A DNA stretch of 20,000 nucleotides. Source: Lama guanicoe. Its lineage: Eukaryota. The first letter of the stretch is position 1; every line of letters starts with the position of its first letter. The position numbers were made by a program, and so were the translations under genes. This document shows positions 1-10,497 of the stretch, piece after piece. The notes beneath the pieces are model-generated. The model made no database searches. It was not told where the DNA came from and was given only the letters and a program-made list of their open reading frames with translations. The stretch lies in contig MU056050.1 in the NCBI GenBank assembly GCA_013239625.1, positions 4,313,657 to 4,333,656 of the forward strand, written 5' to 3'.

Positions 1-1814
1 TTTATCACAAAAATATTATATAATTATTACAAAATATAATTATTATTACAAAAATTAGATGATAGTGAGTTTTCAGAAACAAATAAAAGTTATTATTTAT
101 ATCTTATTTTTCCCATAAATTATGTGAAATGGCTGCTTAGGACAATTGCAGTTTGAACTGTTTGCATTTCAAAACCAATGTATCAGTTACTTACCTTAAT
201 TCATGACTAAAATAATGAACTCATACAACAAACTTAGTGAGAAATAGTTTCCCAATATCTAAGTGAAATACTTTCTATAAGCTTTCTTCTACAGCAGTTA
301 GAGAAAATTAGCCTAACTCGTTAGGTGAAATGAAATAAGTAACTCATATCTAATTATAGACCTAATATCTGAACTATTTTTGCACAATACCAAGGTAATT
401 CAATGGTCTTGAGGGGTGGATAGGAAATGTGGATATGTAACCAAGTTACTTGAGATTAGGCTAACATAGCTAATGTTCTCACTTCAGATGAGTATGTTGG
501 CTTAATAGAGTATTAGTGTAAGCACAATCAATGTGTGTTGGAATATTAATATAGAACATAAAAGAATGACAGGAAATATGTAATATTAATATGTATAATA
601 TCATAGCTAGTGTCATACACTAATTGACACGTACTATTCAGATCTGGATGTTGCTTCATGTTATGCCCTGATCTATACTGGGAAACATAACTAAGACTCT
701 GTCTTATAATTCTAGCTACAAAGGAAACTATTGTGGTTTTTGTTTGTTTCATTTTATTTTTACATCAAACCTGGCAAACATAGGCCAACTTCTCAGTAAT
801 TGAGCAGTACTGCTGAAGTCTCTTCTTTCACTTTGCACTAAATGAGAGTTACTGCCACGAGGAAAAGTGTTGTACGTACTGAGAGAATTCCACTTTTGCC
901 AGCAGAAGACCAAGAAGTAAAGAATCATGGTATATAGCTTACTTCAGAAAACTCCACATGTGAGATAAGTAAAGCTTTTAGTTTTCTAAACTTTGGGGTA
1001 AGCAAGGTTACAAACAAGATAATTGTTGTTTAATTTTTCCTGAGGAAATTCCTAAAGCATTTCTTCAAACAAATCTAACAAAGTTTTTCATCATCAAGGG
1101 AACCTCTCATTTAAAACTTTCTACTTTGTCAAGCAGATGTTTTCAAGAATCTTTTAAGCTGAGTATGTGTTAATGACTTTGAGACTTCTTAACAACTTCA
1201 AGTAAAGCTTTTCAGAGTGCCTTTGAAACACATATAGTTACTATAATATTCAGTGTTTTAAATAAGTTAGATATGCAGTTCATCCAATGACCTGAGAAAG
1301 ATCTTTTTAAAAATAAATGATTTGCATGGAGAGTGCATTGTTAGTTACCCTACGACTGAATTGTACAGGATAAAATGATCTATTTCCCTATTTTTCATAA
1401 AATAATGATGTTGGGGCAGGGAAGGGAACTACCATTTGATTTGGAGTTCTGTCAGGAGCCAGTGGTGGGGAATACAGCTTATTGGTTATGAATGAGTAGA
1501 AATGACACTCAAAGCCAAGACGATAAATACTAGAAATGACAATGAGTAGGTAGAAATAGTGCCAAAAGGAGCTACATAAAGGTGTACAAACACACCTAAG
1601 GGAATTAACAATGGTGGGGGCCCAGTGGGGATTGTGTGTTGATGATGAATTGGATCTTGGCCACATTTTTACCTTCCACCTTCATCTTCATGCTCTTCAA
1701 TTTCTTGGGATCACAGCCTGTCTAGAGAGAGCCTGAGATGCTGCAGTGGTCAGCAGCGCAGGAATGGAAGGCCTGGTGCACTAGGGCCACTGGGCTGAGA
1801 ACCATACAGCATCA

Positions 1815-1950
1815 TTACTATGTCAAAGACGTTATATATGATGTACTATCTCATTCATCATCTCTGAAGCCACACTAGGCAAACATTGCATTATTATCCC
1901 ATTCTACAGATCAGATAAACTTCTATGAGGTGGTGTTTCACACTGACTCA
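1815..1950 (-). mobile_element. MIR SINE fragment
   Basis: 'attattatcccattctacagatcagataaact' resembles the reverse complement of the MIR core (ctattattatccccattttacagatgaggaaactgag). Boundaries approximate. Confidence 0.6.
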
Positions 1951-1954
1951 CCCT

Positions 1955-2195
1955 TGAGGACGTAGTATACTTGAAGTGTCACACTCCTGGATACTAGGCC
2001 CTCTTCTGCCACACATCAGCCATGGGAGATTTGATGTTTTAAAAAGAATTTTTCTGAAACTCCGATTCTTAATCTGTAAAATAGAGATATATATATAATA
2101 AAGGTGACATTTCAGAGGTATCAGGAGGAGAGGAGATGATACATGTAGCATGAAATATAGCACCTTGATCGTAGTAAGTACTCAATATATGTTAG
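1955..2195 (+). mobile_element. MIR SINE
   Basis: Core-like 'ctccgattcttaatctgtaaaatagagata' and MIR 3' end 'tagtaagtactcaatatatgttag'. Confidence 0.7.
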
Positions 2196-2434
2196 GGTCT
2201 TATGTCCTGAAAAATAATCAATTTTCTACCTTTAACAAAAACTTGTAGGTCCAATATTATTTCTAAGCTCATGTCCATAAAACATAGTAACCTCACTGGA
2301 GAGCAACATAGTAGATTGTTGGAGCATATACATAGAGATAATTATAGATTATGTTTCAATAAATGACTGTTTTTATAATTTCAACATTAACTCAACATAG
2401 TTTCCGTATAGAGTTCCTGTAGTCTTGTGAAGAA

Positions 2435-2656
2435 GCAGAGTAGCAGACTGGTTCAAAGACGGCACAGTGGTAGACTCTGGGTAATCTAGGATCTGCCATT
2501 TACTAGCTGGCTGAGCTTGGACAGTTATTTAGACTCTGTGTTTTTTGATTTCTTCATTTCAGCAAATGAAGATATTATTATTACTATTAAGTGAGATAAT
2601 ATGTATATTGCTCCCAGCTCATAGTAAGAGCTCAGTAAGTAGTAACCAATATTATT
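2435..2656 (+). mobile_element. MIR SINE
   Basis: 'tctgccatttactagctggctgagcttggacagttatttagactctgtg' followed by 'attaagtgagataat...catagtaagagctcagtaagt' follows the MIR consensus order. Confidence 0.75.
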
Positions 2657-2677
2657 CTTCCTTCAACATAGGCCATC

Positions 2678-3304
2678 TGTATTCGCTTCCCATTGCTCCT
2701 AAACAGGTGACCACCAATTGAGTGGTAATGCTAACACAAATTTACTTTCTTATGCTTCTGTAGTCTGACATGTGTCCCCGTGGGACAGAATCAAGGTCTT
2801 AGTAAGGCTGTGTTCCTTTCTGGATGCTCTCAGGTGAATGTTCTTCCAATGTTATCCATATTACTGGCAAATTCAGTTTATTGTGGTTAAAAGACTGAAG
2901 CTCCTGCTTCCTGCGAGGATCCTATTTCTTGGCTGCCTGTCAGCTGAGAGCCATGTCCCCTTCCAGAGATGACTGCTGTTCCTTGGTTTGTGGCTTCCTT
3001 CACCCACCTTCAAGGTCAGCAGTAGGAGGCTGAGTCCCTCTCACACTTTGAATCTCTCCTGCCATCCTTCCACTACATCTCTCTGATTGACTCCTCGGCC
3101 TCCCTTTTTCCACTTTTAAGGGCCAGTGTGATAACATTGGACTCACCTGTACAATCCAGGAGAATTTCCCTATATTTAAAGTTCTTAACCCAGACTCCAT
3201 CTTCAGAATTTCACTTGCCAGGTAACATAAAACACTCACAGGCTGGGGGTTAAGACATGGATATATTTGGGGGGGGGGTGGGGGGTACTGTTCTGCTTAC
3301 CACA
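2678..3304 (-). mobile_element. ERVL-MaLR solo LTR, MLT1 family (MLT1E-like), complete, 627 bp
   Basis: Starts 'tgtattcgcttcccattgct' and ends 'ttctgcttaccaca' (TG...CA termini typical of reverse-oriented MLT1). Internal MLT1 motifs 'aatcaaggt...ggctgtgttcctttctgga' and 'gataacattggactcacctgtacaatccagga'. 5-bp TSD ccatc (2673-2677) / ccatg (3305-3309). Confidence 0.88.
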
Positions 3305-3834
3305 CCATGAGACTCCCTCCTCCAGTTCTCTCTGAAATGTGTACTTGTAATAACCAATTCAGAATTTTATGCACATTCAGTCAGCACTTAAAATAAAACT
3401 TTTTGGTTATTGCAAAGAAGTAAAGGTGTGCTTCAGCTGCTTAAGACTATAATGAAAGATATTGATTCTCTACTTAAACAGTCGTATAGTGAACATATAA
3501 ATAGAGCTATTGACACATTGAATTTGTTTTCTTAAATTTATTTATACTCCTTCTCAAAAAGTTATCATATAATTAAATAATTACTGTAATCTACTATTAA
3601 TTGGAGAAATAACTCCAGGGTAATTGAAATAAAAGCAATTTCCTTACACTATCGGCAAAAATCCTCTAAATTTGTAATTGTAACATGAAGTTTATGTTAT
3701 CTCTTTCATATTTAATTTTCTACCCTGTTCTACAAAGCAAACGTTGATTATTGTAGGCATAGCTCTTACAAATGTATTTAAGATGAACTCAGAATAAATG
3801 TGTAAGGTTTTGCAAATTAAGAATTAATTTAATG

Positions 3835-4100
3835 ACCAACTCCATTCAAGCATTTAGAAAGCAGCTGTCATCTGTGAGGCTTTCTCTAAGTGATGGGACT
3901 TTAACAATAAAGCAGATAAGGCTTGTTCTTCTCCCTGTGGAAGTTTCCCCAGCATGGGAGGCAGATGAATGAAGAGATCATTTGAATTCAGTACGTTATA
4001 GACTCTGATAGAAGGCTGCATTAGGAGCAGCAGGAGTGCAGGGAGCCAACCCAGCACCTGAGTGGGAGACTGAGAAATTTTAAATGGTAGAGGTGAAGTA
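3835..4100 (-). mobile_element. L2 LINE 3' fragment
   Basis: 'cattcaagcatttagaaagcagct...gggaggcagat...aattcagtacgttatagactctgatagaagg' is collinear with the reverse-complemented L2 3' end, but highly diverged. Confidence 0.55.
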
Positions 4101-4479
4101 TGCTGTTATAAACAGTACCTAGATGTTTAGGTTGGCTGTTTACATAACAGAAGTAAAATAACCATGGCTAACTACATTTGTATTCAAATACTGGATGGTA
4201 CACCTATGATGCACATATTAGAGAATGAATATTCAGTGGCTTGATATGTTATTTCCTGTGACTTGAAAGAGCAAGAACTCACACCATGCCAAAAAAAAAA
4301 AAACCCACACACGTTATTCCCCTATGAATTGAGTAATAACATTGTTAAATTAGTGAAGATAAAATTGAAATTAAACCTCTGTATTTCAGGGATTCAGAGA
4401 CAAAAAATATGTACATATTTCTGTGGAACACATTATGAAAACCACAAGAACAGTACTTAGTAAAACTGTAGTTTTCAAA

Positions 4480-5020
4480 ATGTCATGTTAATGCAATAAA
4501 AACACCTGAGGTAACTCAAGAGATTAAAAAGTAATATTTTATCAGCAAGTCCTTGATTTATGGATAGAACTTGTGCAGTTTTATTGGCACAGTTGCCTAT
4601 TATGTGTTCTGCAACAGCGCTTTTAATTTTAAACTCCTCTATTGTCATAACTCCACACAGTAGTTTGCAAACATTTTGGTTGTTGTTGCTGTTGTTTTGC
4701 AGAGGGTTAAAACTCTTACTGTTCATATCTCCATTAGTTTAAAAATCAGATTGCTGGGGGATGGGAAGAAAAGACATTTTTTTAATGGAGCATGGCTTCT
4801 TGATCAATGATTGTATCAAATCATAACTTCAAGAGTATATTCATTGGCTGAATGTAGTCATTTCTTGGCCAGGTTAATGTCTTGAAGTTATTCTTATAAA
4901 AGTGACTGTATAAATTTCCATTCCATTTTAGTATTTTACATGAACATAAAAACCTGATGCAAAGCCTAACTGTTAAAAAAAAGAAAACTGTAATGCTCTG
5001 CATATTACAGGGATTAAAAC
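4480..5020. promoter_or_regulatory. Candidate developmental enhancer (homeodomain motif cluster) in non-repeat DNA
   Basis: TGATTTATGG PBX-HOX composite (4554-4563); GCAATAAAA (4493-4501) and TTTTATTGG (4579-4587) CDX/HOX13-type sites; TGTCA MEIS cores (4481, 4643); GGATTA (5011-5016). Motif evidence only. Confidence 0.3.
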
Positions 5021-5512
5021 AAATTTGGCTGAAGGTTTTCAAGCATTAATTTTAAATATTTTTTTGTGAATGTTATCTATAAAAGCATACTTTCCAAATC
5101 CCTCCTGGGTGATTATCAGTGAATTATTTAAAATTTCCATTGTACTCTGCTTTCAGATCAGCTAACTGTCCATTCAGTATTTTTTAAGCTGAGCCCCTAG
5201 CCAATATCACATTATAAATTCATTTAACTATCCCTGGCACATTTAGAGCCATACTTTTACTGCAGCTCAATGAAGCCTTCTGCTGTATGTGATGAACAAG
5301 TTAAGTTATGGTAATAAATGAACAATGGGATAGAATTAGCTGGTAATGGAAGGTGTTATGAACACTAGCAAGGTCAAGTAGATAGGTCAGGAATATTATT
5401 TGATTTTATGCTTTCATATAGATCTACAAACACATTGTTTTTATTTGTCACTTTGTGCTATTTGTTGTTAGAGAAATGTTATTTCAAGAGCAGTGTGGCC
5501 AAATCTGACAAT

Positions 5513-5640
5513 CTTTCATGCATGCATGCATGCATCCGTACTTTATTGCGCACTTACTGTGCTTCAGACAGTGTATTAAGGATGGGTGGATACAAAAATA
5601 TTAACAGATAGTCGTGCTTCCATCCCATAGTATTACAATG
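5513..5640 (-). mobile_element. L2 LINE 3' end
   Basis: 'tttattgcgcacttactgtgcttcagacagtgtattaagg...ggataca' resembles reverse L2 'tttattgagcacctactatgtgccaggcactgtgctagg...ggataca', preceded by a tetranucleotide tail. May extend to ~5790. Confidence 0.7.
5517..5535. repeat. (CATG)4CAT microsatellite at the L2 tail
   Basis: Read directly: catgcatgcatgcatgcat. Confidence 0.9.
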
Positions 5641-5821
5641 ACAATATGAATCACTTTCTATGAAAATACAAAGGAGAAAATAAAATTATATTGGGTGAAG
5701 GGCCAGCAGGAGGGGCACATACACATTTGGAGAGATAGATGAGCCATTTTGGAAGGGGTCTGTTAATTGCAGTGAAGAGTATTAAATCAGGCTAAAGAAA
5801 ATAGGTATCTGCACCAAAAGT

Positions 5822-5995
5822 GACAGTTAGATAGGGTTCCATTGCTAAAGAATTTTAGCAGGACCCCAAATAACAGTGGTTACAAGAATATGGTTTATTG
5901 CAGAAATATAATACAACATAGAAACCACATTAAAGTTAATACATGAATCACAATCAAAGACTGTCTCACAGCTTTAGGTCTGGAAAGGCTGGACA
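5822..5995 (-). mobile_element. Possible old MLT1 (MLT1J/K/L-like) LTR fragment
   Basis: 'cagttagatagg...ccccaaataacagtggttacaag...ggtttatt' resembles the start of reverse-oriented old MLT1 LTRs. Weak match, extent unclear. Confidence 0.3.
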
Positions 5996-6629
5996 CAGGT
6001 TTCCACTGTGCTCCCTTTGAAAACCCACTTTTGCTGTGTAATCAACCCCAGTATCAGAGGCCCCGGGGTCCTCACTGAGACCGGTGCAAGTCATTAATCT
6101 CAGTGTTAACAATAAAAGCTGAAAAGCAGAGACAAAACTCCCTGAAACTACTTGGACCCACAGTGACAAAAAAAAAAAATGCATGCCTGGACCAGGGATC
6201 AGTGCCAGGCAGGTATATTTCTTATTTCAGTAAAACAGCCCAGGACAATGCTAAGCCTGCTTGTATTAACCTTCACAGCATAGTATTCAATGGAGAATTC
6301 TGGGCACAGGATGAATAAATAATTACAACAGATATTCTTTGACTATGCATTGCATTTCAATTTAAAATAAATTAGGAGGTGAGAATTTCCCAGGGACTTT
6401 TCTTTCATGTTTCAATATGTTGTTAGGAGTGACAAAAAAGGAAATCTATTTTGAATGTTTTTGATTCAAATCAGATTTTAAACCTATGTTATGATGGATA
6501 CATAATCAAAAATGTCACTTTAAAATTTAAATTATTTCAACATTTTAGAATTTAAACATGCGGTTAGCTACAATTACAAAGAATGCATAATATTTTTGAA
6601 TAGTAAAGTGCAAAAAAAGTCTTATCTAT

Positions 6630-6762
6630 CAAAAGTCATTACTTTCTTCTCTATTCTCATTGTTCTTAGAATAAATCCAAATGTTCTTAATATGACCTCC
6701 AAGATCCAATATGCTGTCACCCTGACTTCCCTATGCCAATCTCATTGTACCCAATGACCCCT
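6630..6762 (+). mobile_element. L2 LINE fragment
   Basis: 'cattgttcttagaataaatccaaatgttcttaatatgacctccaaga' resembles L2 'cattgcacttagaataaaatccaaactccttaccatggcctacaagg'. Ends where the old L1 begins. Confidence 0.65.
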
Positions 6763-6764
6763 TT

Positions 6765-9442
6765 TATAACTTTTTGTTGCTTATTGCTCTGGTTGGTGCC
6801 TCAAGCAATTCTGAAAATAAAGCAGTGAGAGTGGACACCTTTATTTTGATCCTGATCTTAGGAGAAAAACATTCAGTCTTCCACAATTAAGTATGATGGT
6901 AACTATGGGTTTTTCTTAGATGACCTTTATCACGTTGAGGAAATTTACTCCTATTCTTAGCTTGATTGTTTTTTATAATAAAAGGATATTAGATTGGGTC
7001 AAGTGCTCTTTCTACATCTATTGAGATGATCTTGTGATGTTTTTCCTTTATTCTATTAATATGATGTTTACATTGACAGATTTTTTTATGTGGAGCTAAC
7101 CTTGCATTCTCCTATGATAAATCCCAAATGATCGTGGTATATAATACTATTTATATGTTACTGGATTCAGCTTGCTAATATTTTGTTGAGGATTTTTGCG
7201 TCTATATTCATAAGGTGATATTGGTCTCTAGTTTTCTTTTCATGTGATGTCTATGTCCAGTTTCGGTATCAAGATTAACACTGGCCCCACAGAATGAGTT
7301 AAGAAGTGTATGCTCCTAATTTTTGGAAAATTTATGAGGGATTACTCAAATGTTATTCCAAATGTTTGGCAGAAATTACCAGGGAACCCACTGGGCTGAG
7401 GATTTTTGCTATAAGTTTTTCTATTTCTGTTTGCTTGTTTATTTTACTTACTTCTTACTTCTCCTTACTTGTTATATATCTATTCAGATTTTCTATTTCT
7501 TCTTATGTCAGTCTCAGTATTTTGTGTCTTTTTAGGAAGATGTCCATTTCATCTCAATTATCTAATTATTTGACATTCAGTTGACTTATAACATTGCCTT
7601 ATAATCACTTGTATTTCTTTAAGGTCTATGTTGGTGTCCTCTCTTTCATACTTAATTTAAGTAATTTAAAATTACCCTCTTTCTTTCTTACTCATTGTAG
7701 CCAAGGTTTCTCAATTTTGTTGCTTTCTTCAAAGAACCAACTTTTGCCTTCATTGATAAATCTCTATTTTCTGTTTTCTATTTTATTAATTTCAAGTTTT
7801 TATTCCTTCCATTCTCTTGCTTGGCTTTTGTTTACTCTTCTGTTGTTAGTTTCTTAGCATGGACACTGAAGTTATTGAATTGACATCTTTCATCTTTCTT
7901 AACATTGATGTTTATAGTTACAAATTTCCTTCTAAGCAGTGCTTTTGCTGTATAACATAAGTTTTGATATATAGTGTTTTCATTTTCATCCTTCCCATAG
8001 TGTTTTCCATTTCTCTTGTGATTTCTTCTTTAATACACTAGTTATCTAAGAACGTGCTTTTTAATTTCCACATATTTGTGAATTTCCAAATTTCCTTCTA
8101 TTAATGCTTTCTGATGTCATTCCATGTGATCAGAGAATACAATTTGTATAATCTTATCCTTTTTAAATTTAGGTTTATTTTGTTTAGGTTTATTTTGTTA
8201 CCTAAAATATGGTCTCTCCAGAAAATTGTTCTATGTGCCCTTAAGAAAAATGTGTATTCTGCTATTGTTGGGTGGAATGTTCTACAGATGTTTGTTAGGT
8301 CTAGTTAGTTTGTAATGTTGTTCAAGTCTTCTGTTTCTTTGTTGATATCCTGCCTACTTGTTTTAGCCATTATTTAAATGGGATGTTGAAATCACCAACA
8401 ATAATTGTTGAAATATCTGTTGTTCCATTTAAATCTGTCAGTTTTTTTATGTATTTCGGAGCTGTGATAAGTGCATATAAGTTTGTAATTGTTATGTTTT
8501 CTCAGTGGCTTTACTTTTTTATCATCATAAAATCCTTTTTGTTTCTAGTACCAATTCTTATTTTATTATCTAGTTTGTCTTTATTAGTATTGCCACTTTA
8601 GCTTTCTCGGGTTAGAGTTTTCATCTTATTTCTTTTATTTTTCTATCCTTTTGTTTTTAACCTACTTGTGTCTTTGGATCTAAAGTGTGTCTCTTTTACA
8701 CAGCAGATAGTTGAATCATGACTATTTTTGTATCCACTCTTCTAGTCTCTGCCTTTTGCTTGCAGTATTTCGGCCATTTGCATTTAATGTAATTACTGAT
8801 AAGGTAAGATTAGTTTCTTCCATTTTCTATTTGTTTTCTATATGTTCTATTCCTTTCTGCTTCTTTGTTTCTCCATTATTGATTTTTTTGTGTTAAATTT
8901 ATATTACATAGCAAACCATTTTAAGTTCTTTATTGTCTCTTTTACCATATTTTGTGGAATTACATTCCCAGTGGTTGTTCTATGGTTACAACTGATGTTT
9001 TAACTTAAAAAAATCAAGTTTGGATTGTCATCAATTTAATTTAAGTAGCATAAAAACTTTGCTAAAATATATGAGGTTATTGTAACACAAATTACATTTT
9101 TATACATCATCAACAAAGATTTTAATTTATTGTTTTATGTATTTGTATTTTAAAGCAGATTTTAGAAAAAAAGATTTACAAAAAGAAATATATTTATAAT
9201 GTTTTTATATGTGCCAGGAGGTAACAATGTACTTACCTGTACTGGTGCTTCTTATTCTTTTGTGTGGGTTTGAATTACTGTCTAGAGGCCTTTCATCTCA
9301 CCCTAAAGGATTACCTTTAGTATTTCTGGTAGGGAAAGCCTATGAATAATAAACTCCTTCAGTCTGGTATATCAAGGAATGTCTTAATTTCTCTTTCATT
9401 TTTGATGGCTAATTTACTAGATATAGAATTCAGTCTTTCAAC
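6765..9442 (-). mobile_element. Old LINE-1 (L1M-type), segment 1: degenerate ORF2 N-terminal half, inter-ORF region and ORF1 C-terminus
   Basis: Minus-strand remnants: ORF2 start 'VITLNANG...KRQRLEEWI...TICCVKETHF' (~8810-8680); endonuclease motif 'TIIVGDFNI' (~8410-8383); RT motif 'SGSK*RCPLSLL', like SGTRQGCPLSPL (~6855-6820); ORF1 C-terminal 'ILY...EIKTF...EILK' (~9430-9310). Many stops and frameshifts. Confidence 0.9.
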
Positions 9443-10485
9443 CTATGGAATGGGAAAAAATTTTTACAAATGAAACTGACAAAGGCTTGATCTCCAGAAT
9501 ATACAAGCAGCTCATAAGACTTAATAAGAAACAACCAAACAACCCAATCCAAAAATGGGCAGAAGACCTAAACAAGCAATTCTCCAAGGAAGACAGACAA
9601 ATGATCAATAGGCACATGAAAAAATGCTCAATATCACTAATTATCAGAGAAATGCAAATCCAAACTACAATGAGGTATCACCTCACACCTGCCAGAATGG
9701 CCATCATTCAAAAGTCCACAAATGACAAATGCTGGAGAGGGTGTGGAGGAAAGGGAACCCTCTTTCACTGCTGGTGGGAATGCAGTTTGGTGCAGCCACT
9801 GTGGAAAACAGTATGGAGATTCCTCAAAAGACTAGGAATAGACTTACCATATTACCCAGGAATCCTGCTCCTGGGCATATATCCAGAAGGAGCTCTACTT
9901 CAGGATGACACCTGCACCCCAATGTTCATAGCAGCATTATTTACAATAGCGAAGACATGGAAACAGCCTGAATGTCCATCAACAGATGACTGGATAAAGA
10001 AGAGGTGGTATATTTATACAATGGAATACTACTCAGCCTTAAAAACTGGCAACATAACACCATTTGCAGCAACATGGTTGCTCCTGGAGAATGTCATTCT
10101 AAGCCAAGTAAGCCAGAAAGAGAAAGAGAAATACCATATGAGATCACTCATATGTGGAATCTAAAAAAAAAAAAAAAAGCAAACAAACAAAGCATAAATA
10201 CAAAACAGAAACAGACTCATAGACATAGAATACAAACTTGTGGTTGCCAAGGGGGCGGAGGGTGGGAAGGGATAGACGGGATTTCAAAATTGTAGAATAG
10301 ATAAACAAGATTATACTGTATAGCGCAGGGGAATATACACACGATCTTATGGTAGCGCACAGGGAAAAAAATGTGCCAATGAATATATATATGTCCATGT
10401 ATAACTGAAAAATTCTGCTCTACACTGGAATTTGACACAACATTGTAAATTGATTATAAATCAATAAAAAATGTTAAAAAAAAAA
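9443..10485 (+). mobile_element. Young 5'-truncated LINE-1 (ORF2 C-terminus, 3'UTR, polyA) inserted antisense into the old L1 ORF1
   Basis: Uninterrupted ORF2 frame; G-rich 3'UTR tract; AATAAA at 10463-10468; A10 tail at 10476-10485; flanking direct repeat tctttcaac at 9434-9442 and 10498-10506; host ORF1 resumes on both sides. Confidence 0.95.
9445..10164 (+). pseudogene. LINE-1 ORF2p C-terminal fragment, 239 aa open frame with the cysteine-rich CCHC motif; lacks EN and RT domains
   Basis: MEWEKIF...[12 protein letters not shown]...[17 protein letters not shown]...[18 protein letters not shown] (C-x3-C-x7-H-x4-C)...[19 protein letters not shown]...YTMEYY are canonical L1 ORF2p C-terminal motifs. 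The ATG is an internal ORF2 Met. Confidence 0.93.
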
Positions 10486-10497
10486 GAACACAAACTA

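Noticed and set aside
189..310. Perfect minus-strand splice donor (AAG|GTAAGT at ~189-197) with a possible acceptor near 289
   Set aside because: The implied ~94-nt exon has stop codons in all three frames and a weak acceptor. A non-coding exon cannot be excluded but is unsupported.
546..6318. Short ORFs of 60-92 aa in the left third of the window
   Set aside because: No recognisable domains or exon structure, several overlap MIR/MLT1/L2, and lengths are as expected by chance.
8168..8197. 15-bp tandem duplication (tttaggtttattttg x2); similar small duplications at ~19-53 and ~1491-1549
   Set aside because: Ordinary slippage events; no spacer-repeat periodicity, so not CRISPR-like or satellite.
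7306..8896. Hydrophobic F/L/S/I-rich plus-strand ORFs resembling membrane proteins
   Set aside because: They are antisense readings of A-rich L1 ORF2; T-rich codons produce the hydrophobicity.
9445..10164. 239-aa ORF as a domesticated host gene
   Set aside because: It is the truncated end of a young L1 starting at an internal Met, with no promoter. The open frame is explained by recent insertion.
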